Origin: Eledone cirrhosa
Taxonomy: Eukaryota
Direction of reading: 5' to 3'
DNA length: 64,000 nt
Assembly (NCBI GenBank): GCA_964016885.1
Contig: OZ024758.1
Coordinates: 2,914,001-2,978,000 of the forward strand
Made by a program: the position numbers and the translations under genes. Every line of letters begins with the position of its first letter. Position 1 is the first letter of the stretch. Below the pieces are notes generated by a model. The model did not search any database. It saw only the letters and a list, made by a program, of their open reading frames with translations, and was not told the origin of the DNA. This document shows positions 25,548 through 38,763 of this stretch, one piece after another.

Positions 25548-25769
25548 TAGATAGATAGATAGAAAGAGAGAGAGAGAGAGAGTATTATCCCAGGTGCGAC
25601 ACCAAACGGTTTCGGCTTGTATCGCGATCGGATGTATACCTATATCTATACCCACTGTTCATCTCTCCATGTATTGAGTACTAGCATGATTTGTGGTCTC
25701 CTCAGTCTCAGCACCGCAGACTCTCACTAACTTATTGGCCAACTTACTAACCATACCGTGGCTCACACA

Positions 25770-25838
25770 GACCCCGGTGGACAGAATAGAGAAGCTGTTT
25801 CCTCGGATGATGGTGAGGGAGACGCGTTGCTGACAGAA
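25770..25838 (-). mobile_element. CRE-like retrotransposon RLE C-terminus remnant
   Basis: Translates FCQQRVSLTIIRGNSFSILSTGV. Confidence 0.7.
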
Positions 25839-26780
25839 GCATATTTCTCGAAATACCTATTGTATGTCATATTGAATTTTAAAATACATTATAAACTAAC
25901 TATAGCGAACAGACGTCTCAAAGAATTGTCTTTGTGTTTAGATTATCGTTTTCTATTCTTGTAGTAATACTTGTCAAGAGACTGTTACAAACAAAGAAAA
26001 ATGCTATATGAATTAGAAAATGAATAGATCTACATAAAGAACAGATACATAAAGAACAGATTTAAAATGTGACATATCAAATTATGAAGATCAAGAAATA
26101 TATTATCCTGAAAAGTCATCTAAAACTTTTGAAATAACAATTCTGTCTGTTTTTTTTAAATTATTTCTAGAATAGATATTAAAGTATGTGGTTAATCCAT
26201 AGGGAATTAATAGAATAGAATAGAATAGAAAAACTATATTTGTTAAAATGGCCTCTCTTTCAAAAATTATATAAATCGTAAAAGAAATGATACGTTATAA
26301 ATAAATACATCATATATATATGTGTGTCTGAGTGAAGTTGCGTTTGTTGATAATTAGATTTTTGACGCTGTCAGATATGAAAACTAGACAGGATGTAGGA
26401 ATATTGAAATTTATGAAAATTGTTAAGAGAATATACAAAATACAATAAACAGAGCGGGATAAATTGATGAATCTTTAAGACACGATAAATATCTTAGATT
26501 TGATTTGTTTTAACGTGCCGAAATACAGATAATCAATGTTACACAAACTTCAGTGACGAGTTTAGCTTCCTTAATATAGATACGGAGGAAAATCATATTA
26601 AAAAAATTGGCATGAGAAGATCTTTCTAATATTTAGTTTTTCTCTATCAAATATGGGGTCAAAAGTCTGCTTGATGCATTCACTAGGATAAAATAATAAT
26701 TATATATAGGAAGAAACCTTCATAAACAGATATGATATTCTCCTATCTCTGTCACATATTAACGAAATGTAATCAAAATG

Positions 26781-26861
<81 letters not shown>

Positions 26862-26873
26862 TAAATATGTGAA

Positions 26874-27030
26874 GTGAAGGCGCATAGCATAGTGGTTAGA
26901 GCATTGGACTTGACATCGAAAAAGGTTGTGAGTTAAATGCTTGGACCGGGTGATATGTTGTTTCCTTGAGCAAGACTCTTTCACGTTGCTCCAGTTTACT
27001 CAGCTGTAGAAATGAGATGATAGGACTGGG
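26874..27030 (+). mobile_element. tRNA-derived CORE-type SINE (family D)
   Basis: A-box-like TAGCATAGTGG, then CCTTGAGCAAG..CACGTTGCTCCAGTTTACTCAGCTGTAGAAATGAG, which resembles the CORE domain. Confidence 0.85.
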
Positions 27031-27125
27031 ATCCCTATGATTAAATCACCCAAGACACCTCCAACGAGATATACCTTGGAGGCCAGGTAAACTCGCACAG
27101 GAGTGAGCTGTAACAACAACATTAT

Positions 27126-27183
27126 GGGAAAAAGTATGACCCCGAAGGCAGAGCTCAAGCCGTTTCGACGGCTATTTCTGGAC
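27126..27183 (-). mobile_element. Family B single arm (3' half of hammerhead)
   Basis: Matches 4938-4990. Confidence 0.75.
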
Positions 27184-28438
27184 GTATCAACAAAGTAACA
27201 ATATAATTATATATATATATAATTATATTAACATAAGAAAGAGATATCTAGTATAGAGTTCATTGTTACTTTGCTGACAGGTCCAAAAGAGATGAGATAT
27301 AAGTTGATCGTGGTAGTAATTGAACTTAGAGCTAAAATTATCAAACCACAGGGTCTTCCTATACTCGAGAATTCTGCCAATTCTCAGTATATAAGATGTG
27401 CATCACTAGATGATAGAAGGTGTAGTCGGAATTATATAATATTTCATGTATCATAAAAAGGTCGACACGACTCCATAGACAACGATATAATGTATGACAG
27501 CATAATAGACATCGTATTTTTAGATAGATATTTAATCTAAATGTCGATTCGGAAATTGGATAATTGCAAGATGTAAATATAATAATAGCAAATCATTTTA
27601 ACAACTTCAGAATATAGATATTTACCTATGAACTTTTTCATTTTATTGGTTCATGGTTTACAAGTTTCGTTCACGCTTACTGCATAACTACCTGCATGAC
27701 GGTGTTGATACAACATGGACTGGAATTTTATATTTAATGCATTAGTAAATATTAATGGTTTGAACTAGTATGAAATCGAGAGTGGAATAGTGTAATAAAT
27801 ATAATGTTACACTTTATAAATCAACTGCCAGAAAACAATGAGAGCCATATAGAAATGCTACGTAAAATTAGAACATTTATACCAGTGAGACGACCTTACG
27901 ATATATAATTAACACTTGGTTTAATTAATGCTTCAGGTAAGAACAGAAACGTGAATATGATTAAACAAGATGAGTGACTATAGCAGTAAATTGAGATTCT
28001 AATCAGTGCTGAAGCTGGAAAATTAAAGCTATAATAAAATGATATAGAAATGAGAAGAAGTATTTATGAATCAGATGAAATAGAGATTTGTATTAAATTT
28101 GCTTTCTAGATGTATTACATACGAAAGACGGGATTTCAACAAGGAATCAAAGTAGGAGTTTTAACTCGGTTCAACGAGAACGCATTACATCACTGCACAT
28201 AATCTTAGATACTGATAAAGCTTTAGAATTGAGATAATTTTAGTAGAGTCTAAAATGATAAAATGAGGATTGAATGTTCTGTTACTACAAAAGTATTAGC
28301 TGCGTAAATTAATCGGATAATCTTTATGTAGCCACCACGCAGATCATAAAATCTTGTAAGTCTGCAATTAAAATGCTACTTCAGATAATAGAATAATTAT
28401 CTTTGAAATAATTTGGAAGAATATATATATATATATAA

Positions 28439-28656
28439 GTGAAGGCATGTGGCTGAGTAGTTAGAGAATTGGATTCGCAATCGGGAGGTTGTGAGTTCGA
28501 TTCCCGGACCGGGCGATGAGATATGTCCTTGAGCAAGGCACTTTATTTTACATTACTCCTACGTGAAGTTGCGACCGATGGATAGTATTAGCAATCGGAA
28601 AGACAAAAAAAAATATTGTTTCCTCGGTCCGATTTGACGAAAGTCGATCGACAAAT
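28439..28656 (+). mobile_element. CORE-type SINE family D with tRNA-like head
   Basis: A box TGGCTGAGTAGT, B box GAGTTCGATTCC, anticodon-loop-like TTCGCA (Arg-like), CCTTGAGCAAGGCACTT. Confidence 0.85.
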
Positions 28657-28712
28657 TTATATATATATATATCGGCTTGTATCTGCCGATATTACTTCTT
28701 GTTGTTTTAATT

Positions 28713-28750
28713 GCCCTGATGAGTCCTTAATAGGACGAAACATTGTCGGC
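28713..28750 (+). ncRNA. Intact minimal type I hammerhead ribozyme
   Basis: GCC-CTGATGA-GTCC-ttaata-GGAC-GAAAC-att-GTC-GGC. All conserved core nucleotides and three stems are present, the cleavage triplet is GUC, and AATAAA follows. Confidence 0.9.
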
Positions 28751-28795
28751 TAATAAAGACTTTTGATGTATTGAAGGCTTCTTTGTTTTACTCTC

Positions 28796-28837
<42 letters not shown>

Positions 28838-29070
28838 CATGTACATATGATATATTTCAAATGAACAAATATTTTCTTGTTAAGATTTGAATAACATTTA
28901 CCTACCATTAAACGTTTCATGAAAGTATTATGTAGAGGAACGCTAAGTTGGCAGGGATTATATTCAGTTATATCTATTCTATCGATGCTAATACTGCACT
29001 GGTACCACATTATCGTTCCGAAAAATTAATCATAATATCGCCTCTCTCCGGATTTAATCTTGGAGGTTAA

Positions 29071-29287
29071 CCCTTTAGCATTTACATTACTCTATATATA
29101 CTATTGTATTTTCATAGAAACGGCTTTATCTTTTATAAGTATCTCACATAATATCGAATGAGATTTCGATAGTATTTATTTTGACAACAATATCTTACTA
29201 TCAATATGAGTGACCAGTTACTGCCGGTTTGAACAGAAAGAGGTGACACACTTCTGGTCGGATACAGCCGGTTTAAATGCTAAAGCG
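29071..29287. mobile_element. piggyBac-type MITE, opposite orientation to 24314-24534
   Basis: TTAA-CCCTTTAGCATTTA ... TAAATGCTAAAGCG. Confidence 0.8.
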
Positions 29288-29552
29288 TTGTCACTAAAAA
29301 CCAGAAACGGTTTATTCAGCTTCGTTACAAAATTAACAGTACAGTATCTTTCCAATCTGATAGTACTTACAGCCATTTAAATGGGGGTAGGCAGTGTCAT
29401 ATTATATTAGTTCTATTTCACTCCATATAAAAAACCATTTTGAGATTTCAGCCTGGCAGACCCCATCACTCTCCAGGTATGAGTGCAGCAGATTTTTTTC
29501 AGAGAAAGATGAGAGAGAGGAAAAGAGAAAGAGATATAGATGAAGAATCGAA

Positions 29553-29696
29553 CCCAGTACTAGACTGGTACTTTTTTTATCGACCTCGAAAGGATGAAAG
29601 GCAAAGTTGTCCTCGGCGGGATTTGAACTCCGAGAGTAGAGAGTTGGAAAAATACAATAAAGCTTTCCATCCGACCTTCTAACGACTGACAATTCA

Positions 29697-29698
<2 letters not shown>
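29553..29698 (-). mobile_element. Diverged SINE A copy
   Basis: Central domain and B box are recognisable. Confidence 0.8.
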
Positions 29699-29728
<30 letters not shown>

Positions 29729-29730
<2 letters not shown>

Positions 29731-29977
29731 ACCTTGACCGACCAGTTTGTCGGGCGCCAATCGGCGCCGCTGGTCACAGCACGTCGTGCTGTTTTAGCCA
29801 TATGATAACGCCATCCTACTGGCTGGCCGGTTCTCATTTCTACAGCTGACTAAACTGGAGCAACGTGAAATAAAGTGTCTTGTTCAAGGAAACAACACAT
29901 CACCCGGTCCGAGAATTGAACTCACAACCTTTCGATTGCAAGCCCAATGCTTTAACCACTAAGCCATGCGCCTTCAC
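29729..29977 (-). mobile_element. CORE-type SINE family D
   Basis: Reverse complement of the head and CORE-like body, with a GC-rich tail. Confidence 0.85.
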
Positions 29978-30042
29978 ATATATATACACATACATATATA
30001 CACACATACACATATTTTATTTGTGTACATATTTCGGCGAGT

Positions 30043-30097
<55 letters not shown>

Positions 30098-30511
30098 GTC
30101 TGCTTACCTCTCTACACATTTATTTTAGAATGTAAACAAATGATTCATTAATGAATTAGATTTTAATAAAATACTTCAATTGTTAAATACCACGCTGGTT
30201 CTTGTAGACAAGAATATGTAACTGTCTTTTTTTTTCTTTCTCATAAGATTATTATATTGTTTAATTCACTTAATTATATTTTGAAATATTTTCGGAAATA
30301 TATAATTATTGCAACAACAATGTAGAAAAACATCATTATATGTGATATTTATTAGAATATTTGTGTTCATAGGAAATAATGAACAGTAACTACAATATAG
30401 GTGGCTCAGCAAGTTACCTATAACGAAATTAATATAGTTTATTTCATAAAATATTACAAATGTTTTGATATTTATCATCTTTTATCAAAGTAGTCAGTTT
30501 TTATAGAATAT

Positions 30512-30679
30512 AATTGTTCCTACTATTGGCACAAGGCCAGGAATTACTCATTACATTACTGGTACTTTATTTTATCGACCCCGTAAGGATGAAAGGCAAA
30601 GTCAACCTCGGCGGGATTTGAACTCAGATCATAAAGGAACGTAACTATGCTGGAAAGCATGGCGTCCCACCCTCTACCG
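30512..30679 (-). mobile_element. SINE A
   Basis: Family motifs. Confidence 0.9.
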
Positions 30680-30905
30680 AAATAATGATGTTAATGTTGC
30701 AGTTTAACTTCAATAACCATCTCTATCGAGAGGAAATCAGATGAAACAGCTTTATATTCAAAACAGTTTCAACCGGGAACTTTATCTAGGTTCGTGATAT
30801 GCTTCCATTTCTAGTAGGTTGTTGCTTTATCTACAGGGTGGTCCGAAGGTCTTGTTACCCCTTGTCACAGACTGTTTTAACTTTCATTAGTTTTTGTTTT
30901 AATGA

Positions 30906-31092
30906 TTGTTTCTACTTTAGGCACAAGGCCAGCAATTACCCAGTACATTACTGGTACTTTATTTTATCGACCCCGTAAGGATGAAAGGCAAAGTTATCCT
31001 CGGCGGGATTTGAACTCAGACTGTAAAGGGACATAACTATGTTAGAAAGCATGGCGTCTAACACTCTACCGATACTGCCAATTCACCGCCCC
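30906..31092 (-). mobile_element. SINE A, full length, 13-bp TSD
   Basis: TTTTTGTTTTAAT at 30891-30903 and 31093-31105. Confidence 0.95.
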
Positions 31093-31264
31093 TTTTTGTT
31101 TTAATAATATATAATATCCTTAATTACAATATATAATAATACTTTTTTCCACTTTTGGCACAAGGCCATATATATATATATATACATTTTTTTTTTTTAA
31201 TTTTTAACAGAGCATATATTGTTTATATTTTTATTTTACTCTTTTAACTGTTCCAGTCACCATC

Positions 31265-31501
31265 TTTGTTGCTACATCTCCAGCCTATGTTGGCTGGCCA
31301 TTAGTGTAAGAGGGAGTTCGCTGCTGCTGCCCTTGAGTTATCTTCGTACCGTGCTGTGGGCTCATCTGGGACCCTGGAGAGCAGGTTGTCAAGATGTTTC
31401 TTGAAAACACCCACGCCCCCACAATGCAGGTCTCTCAAATATCTTAGCAACTTGTTGAAAAGTCGAGGTCCTTTGAACCCCAGGCTATTGCAATATCTGC
31501 T
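31265..31501 (-). mobile_element. CR1-group LINE 3' remnant
   Basis: Minus strand translates SRYCNSLGFKGPRLFNKLLRYLRDLHCGGVGVFKKHLDNLLSRVPDEPTARYEDNSRAAAANSLLH*, matching GPRLFN..FK..LD..PDEP..RAA.NSL. Confidence 0.85.
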
Positions 31502-32416
31502 TATTCTATTTTATTTTCTAAAATGTTTATCTGATCTTCTCCAAATAGTTACTTACAAATCGTATGTTCTTAATTCTGGAGTGTTTGCTATTTTCATGAG
31601 TTTTGTGGACTAAGAACAAAGTCAACTACAATTGAATTCGAAATTCGAGCTAATGTATTGGCATGCCTTACCTATCCACATCAGAGTCATAGGTGTTAGT
31701 ATATTTACTGTTGTTTAGTGAATATTTCAAAATAGAAATAGGCAATCCATTAAATAACATTTATGATGTATATTTCATTTGAAGACATAAGTCTATCCTG
31801 TGACTAGGTTTACAAACTGATTTACATAAACTAGATTCTGGTATCTTGACTCAGAGAATAAATTTAATTTTTTGCTACATTTCCATATATGATTTTGCAA
31901 ATCATGGCATTTGCAATCTATTTATTTTCGTTCTCTTCAGTTTAACTTTGAATGCTATTCGATAAACTAAAAAGTTAAGTGAATGTAAATAAAACATTTC
32001 GATTTCTGCGAACAATTTAGTGTCTGACTAAATTTAGCTAATGAAATGTCAGGTCATAATAATGCTTGACCTCTTCCTCGAGGTCGAAATTTGGCGAATC
32101 TGACAACGACGTGAAAAGAGAATCAATAATATTGAAATTATTAATTCAACGAAAATGAAATAATTAGAATATTTCATAACGCAATACATACAAACCCTGG
32201 TTAGATATTATGGTTCTGTACGATACAAGCAATACTAAACTACGTACAGTAACATGTCAAGTTTAAAGTGGAAGTACTGCTTCATCATGGCATTGTCGCG
32301 CGCGCGCGCACACGCACACGCACGCACGCACGCACGCACACGCACACATATATATAAGTTTTTCTCGGGTTCAATAGGGGGTAACCACAGTAAGTAATGT
32401 ACTCATATTATATATA

Positions 32417-32518
32417 TCCCGCCGAGGTTAACTTTGTCTTTTATCCTTACGGGGTCGATACAATTAAGTACCAGTAATACACTCGGTAATTTGCTGGCCT
32501 TGTGCCAAAAGTAGAAAC

Positions 32519-32522
<4 letters not shown>
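32417..32522 (+). mobile_element. SINE A 3' half
   Basis: Central domain and tail. Confidence 0.9.
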
Positions 32523-32550
<28 letters not shown>

Positions 32551-32552
<2 letters not shown>

Positions 32553-32815
32553 TGTTATACTTGGGGAGGGTCATATTGTTGTAATAATATTGCCAGAAAT
32601 GATAGCAGAACACACTCACTGTTTGGTTTGTTTTCGCTTTTGTATCTTTTATATCTCCATAGTTAATTTAGGTGGCAATCAATGTTTATCATCGATTGAC
32701 CAACGGTTAAAAATACAGATATAAATACATATATATAGTTTATCAAAGTTCTTTCGTTGCACATCTGCAAAATCCTCAGTGGTACTATTATTATGTTCCC
32801 TCCTATTGTATTGTA
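32551..32815 (-). mobile_element. Penelope-like pLTR family C with hammerhead motif (32737-32787)
   Basis: Minus strand CA-CTGAGGA-T-TTTGCA-gatg-TGCAAC-GAAAG-aa-CTT-TG; lies between (TA)n tracts. Confidence 0.7.
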
Positions 32816-32944
32816 GTGTATATATATATATATATATATATATATGCATTTATGTATGTAAAAGGTAAACATAAATAACAACACAATCGGTACAGTATAT
32901 GGAAGGAATATATTAGGTTAACGCTTGAAATAGCAGCAATAGGG

Positions 32945-32980
32945 TCTTAACGTTTCGGACGCTAGTCCTTTATCAGAAGA
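32945..32980 (-). ncRNA. Minimal hammerhead ribozyme motif with one core substitution
   Basis: Minus strand TCTT-CTGATAA-A-GGAC-tagc-GTCC-GAAAC-GTT-AAGA (G8A, palindromic ACGT stem III). Confidence 0.75.
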
Positions 32981-33855
32981 AAGAATGAACAACAAGATAC
33001 ATAGAGGGGACGTGCGGGGTGGAATTGGAAAAAATGTCTTTAGATAAAAATAACAGGTCCATTCATGTTGACATCTCTTGCAAAACTGTTGGTGGTGGCG
33101 TTTTCTGTATAATACAATGGTCATGTCGAATCGCTGCAATGAGCGAGATGCAGAGAGAGGAATATATTGAATCAAATCATAATTAACTGATCCTTTAATC
33201 TTTGTTATTACCTAAAGCCAGAACCTTTTCACCACACCCTCGTATATTAAGTATATTGGCATATATAGGGTTGACTATTAGTCCTTATCTACAAAACAAC
33301 AATAAATTACACTCGTGCTACCTATACACTACGGACCTATCAACTCTTCTCGTCTAACGTGGAAATCTCCTATCCAATTTGGGCTGAGTGAGAGATATCA
33401 TCTCTTGTGAAAATGGGTATAGCTTTCATTATGTAAAATCTCCCCATTTTGTCTCATTTCTCACCGTTTTGTGGTACACTTTCTATAGTATTCCTCGTTT
33501 GAGATTTTAGAGATTGGCATGGTTAAACTTCCAAAATTATCTTTCTTGTGAATTAACATCGATGATAATTATCTACTTTTACAAATCCTTATTAAAAGGC
33601 TTAACAGCTACATCAGAGATTCTCTTTTGGGTCATCGCCCCACCTCACGACCACGTAATCCCCTCAGAGCCCCCAACCCTATTTCCAGAGAGACCTACTT
33701 ACACGGAAAGTATAAATATTATACTATAAATAATATCGTTAATTTATATATAATAAATAATATAATATATATATATATATATATATACAATGTATAAATA
33801 AATATTATATAGTTTTCATTTTACTATATTCATATCTAATATGTACTAAGAAAAT

Positions 33856-34027
33856 GTGGTAGGAAACCAGGTGGACCATACTCGATACTTAGTTTAGTAG
33901 AGTGGGTAATAGGAAAAGAGTCAGGACCCCGACGGCTGAGCTCCGGCCGTTTCGACATCTAGATCCGAACTGTTCGGATCTAGCTGACGAAATGGCCCGA
34001 GCTCAGCCGTCGGGGTCCTGACTTTTC
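33856..34027. mobile_element. Fold-back element family B
   Basis: Inverted repeat 33913-34027 centred on 33971; same subfamily as 4615-4807. Confidence 0.85.
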
Positions 34028-34233
34028 GTATGTAATATGTATCTAGATCCTTTATACTTCACACAAATGCAATGGCTTGATAAATAAAAATGGAATCCCC
34101 ATGGACGTAGCTTTCTTCCCACCCCATTGCTTCTCATTGTGGCATTTACACATTTATAAAGCTGAAAACTTACTATAGTTACAATTTTAATAACAAATGA
34201 GAAGACCGCACATAATCTATAATACGTTAAAGA

Positions 34234-34284
<51 letters not shown>

Positions 34285-36144
34285 ATATATTACGATACTG
34301 GTGACAGGTAAATATTTAAAAGTTTTACCATCGATAGGGAAACCTATAAAGAGACAGTATAGGCCGATACGGAGACCATGACATTAAGTAATTACTAGTA
34401 GTGTAAGTCCAGAAATATCTTGAAATAGATTAAACTGATAAATAGATAGCATTCCAGAATAAATCAGAAAATTACATGAGGATAACATTCGACGCATTAG
34501 TAATGTACTCAGGATATAACATGAATTCTAAAAAAGTAACAGCCATTACTGCATCGAAGAAGATTAACGTTTATATTTAGAATATATAACTGAAATATAG
34601 ACATTAGCACATTTTATTGGACATTGTCGGAGGCGAAATAAGTCTGGTGCAATTAGAAAACCACTACAAATCAGCTAGTGTTGTTTATAGTAATATAAAG
34701 AAAACTTGACATCAAAATAGATAATTTAAAAAGACGAAGGCACAAGAAAATATATTATCTACGTTCAGGAGTTTAGAATTGTATTAAAAAACACACAGAA
34801 AGGCAGGAATATTAACAGTTTAAGAGTCACAAAAAAATCCCTACAAGAGAAAAACCACATTAAACATAAAATATATAAAAGAAACATTGTTGCAATTACG
34901 GTAAGTATCTACCGGAAAATATCCACAATCAATCTGGAAACACATTTGAAAAAAGCCAATATAAATAATAAATAATTACAAATTCTGCACTAGGTTACTG
35001 GCGCCATGTTTATAATCCTCCCGTGAGAGGCATCTGATAACAGCACAGACTCGGTATTTGTCTATTAAACATCACATGATAATATTATAAGGAGTTAGCA
35101 GAAAAACCATCCTTCGGGTGATGTTCTGCTAACATGTGTAGTGTGCATATTGATATTATACGCAAATATACATGCATTTAGATATGACACGTCAAATAAA
35201 ATCGTAATTGAGGATATGCACAGAAATTGAAGAAGGACTGTGTTATACTCTCTTCTGTAAGTAAAGTAGTCCACGATACATTTATAAAAGACGATATTAT
35301 ATTTCATTATGCGTTGACTTTTACCAAACTGAAATGTTCATGAAGTGGTCAATTACTAAATTATATTTCAATAACATATTTATTTATATTTCTCAACTTT
35401 ACTCTTAAAGACACATTCGTTTTAGTGTTAAATTATATCATTATTATTGCCAGCAATTTATAACGAAGTTCCTGAAGTATTCTAATATGTGAGAAAACAT
35501 CAACACCCTCTATATAATAATATATAGGAACCAATCAAATGTAATATCAAACCTATTTATTAGCATCACTTGGTGTAAAAGGGACGTTTTTATATCTAAA
35601 TATTTAATGTTTAAACATTACAGTAAACTGAGCCTCTGACACCTATCGCATGTCACAAGCCATCACAATTTATATAATTCTACATATCGCTTCGCATTAC
35701 AACATACATATTTCACATTGGTACAAAACATATTAGAGGAATATAAAATGAGGAATTGTCACTATGAAATATAATTAATAGTTTAGAGTACTTAGCTTAA
35801 ATTGTTAAAACATTTCAACAATTTACCGTCTCATATTCTGCCAAATTTCATACCTTTTATTTCTGACATTACATAAATTCATTCGTTCCACTTGTTTTAA
35901 CACTATCTACACATATCATTCCAACTATAAATATATTTTCTCGAAGTGTATCACCAACATTCTATTTCCAAACGTACTATATTGCTGAGGGTAAATAAAT
36001 AATTTTCTATATAGATAATAAACACAACCACAAGGATATGGTCCGAACGTGAAAGAGCTGAACTCCTGCTGTCATCGCCTCCATCTCTCTCGCCCTTCCC
36101 ATATGTCTGTATGGTGACAAATGGTGTCCCACGTCCTGGCCTCC

Positions 36145-36381
36145 CCACAGCCCCGGCTGACAGAATGGAGAAGGCGTTTTCATGGAGAATAGTAAGGGAG
36201 ATGCGGCAGAAGAGACATTCCATCTCGCCAGGCTCACGCCAGCGGCTGGCCAGCTCGGCGCATATGGTGGTTAAGTACGGAGGTATCCCTAGGGCCAAGG
36301 AGACCAGAAGTCTCCACTGCTATGGGTAGCCAGCTCAGCGCCTATGGTGGTACGGAGGTAGCCCTGTGGCCAAGGAGACCC
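36145..36381 (-). mobile_element. CRE-like retrotransposon RLE-domain remnant, frameshifted, with internal duplication
   Basis: PIAVETSGLLGPR / YLTTICAELASRWREPGEMECLFCRISLTILHENAFSILS. Segment 36249-36305 is duplicated at 36329-36381. Confidence 0.8.
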
Positions 36382-37415
36382 ATCTGCAAGGGAGATCTAT
36401 TTTGTATCATTGTATCACAACATTAATTGTTAGTTCATATACATCTGAATGAAACAAAAGACACTGCAGTGTTGATGTCACACAATACATAACTGTGAAC
36501 CAGTGTCGTCATGAATAAGTAACATAAGTTGAGGGCTTGTTTTATATTGCCATGTTGTAAGTGAAAACATTGTTGTAATTCTTTGCTTCGGTGAGTACAG
36601 AAAACAATTCCAACACTTCTTAAATACCAGAGGCGAAAAATCATAAATAGTACCTCATGTGAAGCCCACGATTTAATACAGTCCCCATATCACTGACAGG
36701 TGATGCTAGTATATATACATATAACTTAGAGTCAAATTCCGGAAAGGATTTCCAACTGAATATTAGGAAGTTGCTCATTATAAACACTTGTTAAATGACA
36801 CGCTGACAAGCTATTCCCAGCGATTCTACTGTTAATAGCAGTTGACTCTCTTCAAAGCACCCTCTAGCTTGCACCCCATTTCTTTACACCAAAGTTGTTG
36901 TGTTATCCACTTCATAAAGAAAATACGCAGCAATGACATCCAGGAAATGCAGATCTTGTTCGATGATCCATTCAAAGAAATGGTCAATCAGCATGGGTAC
37001 AGTCCAACCAGATACCCGAACATACCGTTCTTAGCCTAAGAGTGAAACACTGAATATATAGAGATAGAGAAATCTAATATACGCTTAGGAAATTCAACAG
37101 ATTCACATTCTCTCAAATACACACATACAAACACTTACAGATACACAATTTCACCCATCCCACATAAATACCACTTCACAGGTATATCCCTAGGATATGT
37201 GCATTCTGCATATATTAGGGGAGTTAAATATGAATATTTTTGCATAAATGCATATATTTATCTGCACCTAATATCTGGAGAGATTATATGTGTCATCAGT
37301 AAATCAACGTACATTGATTTAACTAGATTCTCTCGTGTTAGCATGAATATGTTTATAGCTGGATATTCATATGAATAGGTGTCGATATTTGGTTAGAATA
37401 TATAATGCACACATA

Positions 37416-37453
<38 letters not shown>

Positions 37454-37647
37454 ACACGCACATACATACATGTCTTTTTTTTTTCACTCTCCCCTTAACT
37501 GTCTATATACATATACACACATATACATTCATATTTATGCATATGCATATTTATAAACACACGTGCATATGCATGCACATCTGCATATACATATAGATGT
37601 ATGCATATATATACATTTATGCATATATATATATATATATATAGTCA

Positions 37648-37684
<37 letters not shown>

Positions 37685-37701
37685 GCATATGTATATAGTC
37701 A

Positions 37702-37742
<41 letters not shown>

Positions 37743-38245
37743 GCATATATACTTATACCTATGCATATACACACATATATATATATACACACACCTCGAG
37801 ATGGTCACAGATAGCAAACTCAGAATTTAGATATTGTAATTTACGTCTACGTATGTGAGCAGAACTTTTGAATGAAACCTTAATTGAATGGTATAATATC
37901 GATCTCTTCCTGTCCTAGCAATGGTTAATAATTAACCTACTGGTTTCAAACAGCATGATGTAATTATATAATATCGAAGAAATGTAGCCTTAAAATCGAG
38001 GATATCATAGATATTCTTCTCCAGGAAAGTTAGACATTTCTCCATTGCTATGTTATTACATAATGTTGCTTTATGCAGAGACAAAATGTATAATATTAAA
38101 GATATTTACTAAAAGAATATCGCATAAACAATATGAAAATGTACTCTGTTATACATGTCACGAGAAAATAGTTCCACGATTTATCTCAATATTGTGTGTC
38201 TTGGTGCGGTATAAACCCAGCATTATCATAGTAGCAATACTATAT

Positions 38246-38426
38246 GGATTGGCTGTATCGGTAAAGCGTCTATATGCTTTCTAGCATATAGTTACATATA
38301 TTTACGGTGTGAGTTCAAATCCCGCCGAGATTAACTTTGCCTTTCATCCCTACGGGGTCGATAAATTAAAGTACCAGTAATGCACTGGTATAATTGCTGG
38401 ACTTGTGCCAAAAGTAGAAACAATTA
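38246..38426 (+). mobile_element. SINE A with 10-bp TSD
   Basis: GTAGCAATAC at 38231-38240 and 38432-38441. Confidence 0.9.
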
Positions 38427-38550
38427 CCAAGGTAGCAATACACATGACACGAGAAAACAATTCCACAATTTATTTTAATCTGTCAGTTTCTTGGTGCCCC
38501 ACAAACCCAACATTATCATGGCAGCAATACACATGGCGCGAGAAAATAGT

Positions 38551-38763
38551 GGTTTCTTATATTGGCACAAGGCTAGCAATGTGGGGAGAGGGAGAAGTCG
38601 ATTAAATCGACACTAGTGCGTGACTGGTACTTTATTTTATCGACCCCTTAAGGATGTAAGGCAAAGTTAACCTCGGCGGGATTTGAACTCAGATCATAAA
38701 GGGCCGTAACTATGCTGCAAGCATGGCGTCCGACCCTCTACCGATACTGCCAATCCACCGCCC
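38551..38763 (-). mobile_element. SINE A, long tail, about 18-bp TSD
   Basis: ATGGCRCGAGAAAATAGT at 38533 and 38767. Confidence 0.95.

Noticed and set aside
28439-28515. Possible tRNA-Arg gene
   Set aside because: It is a SINE head that continues into a CORE-like body, lacks a proper acceptor stem and has several diverged copies.
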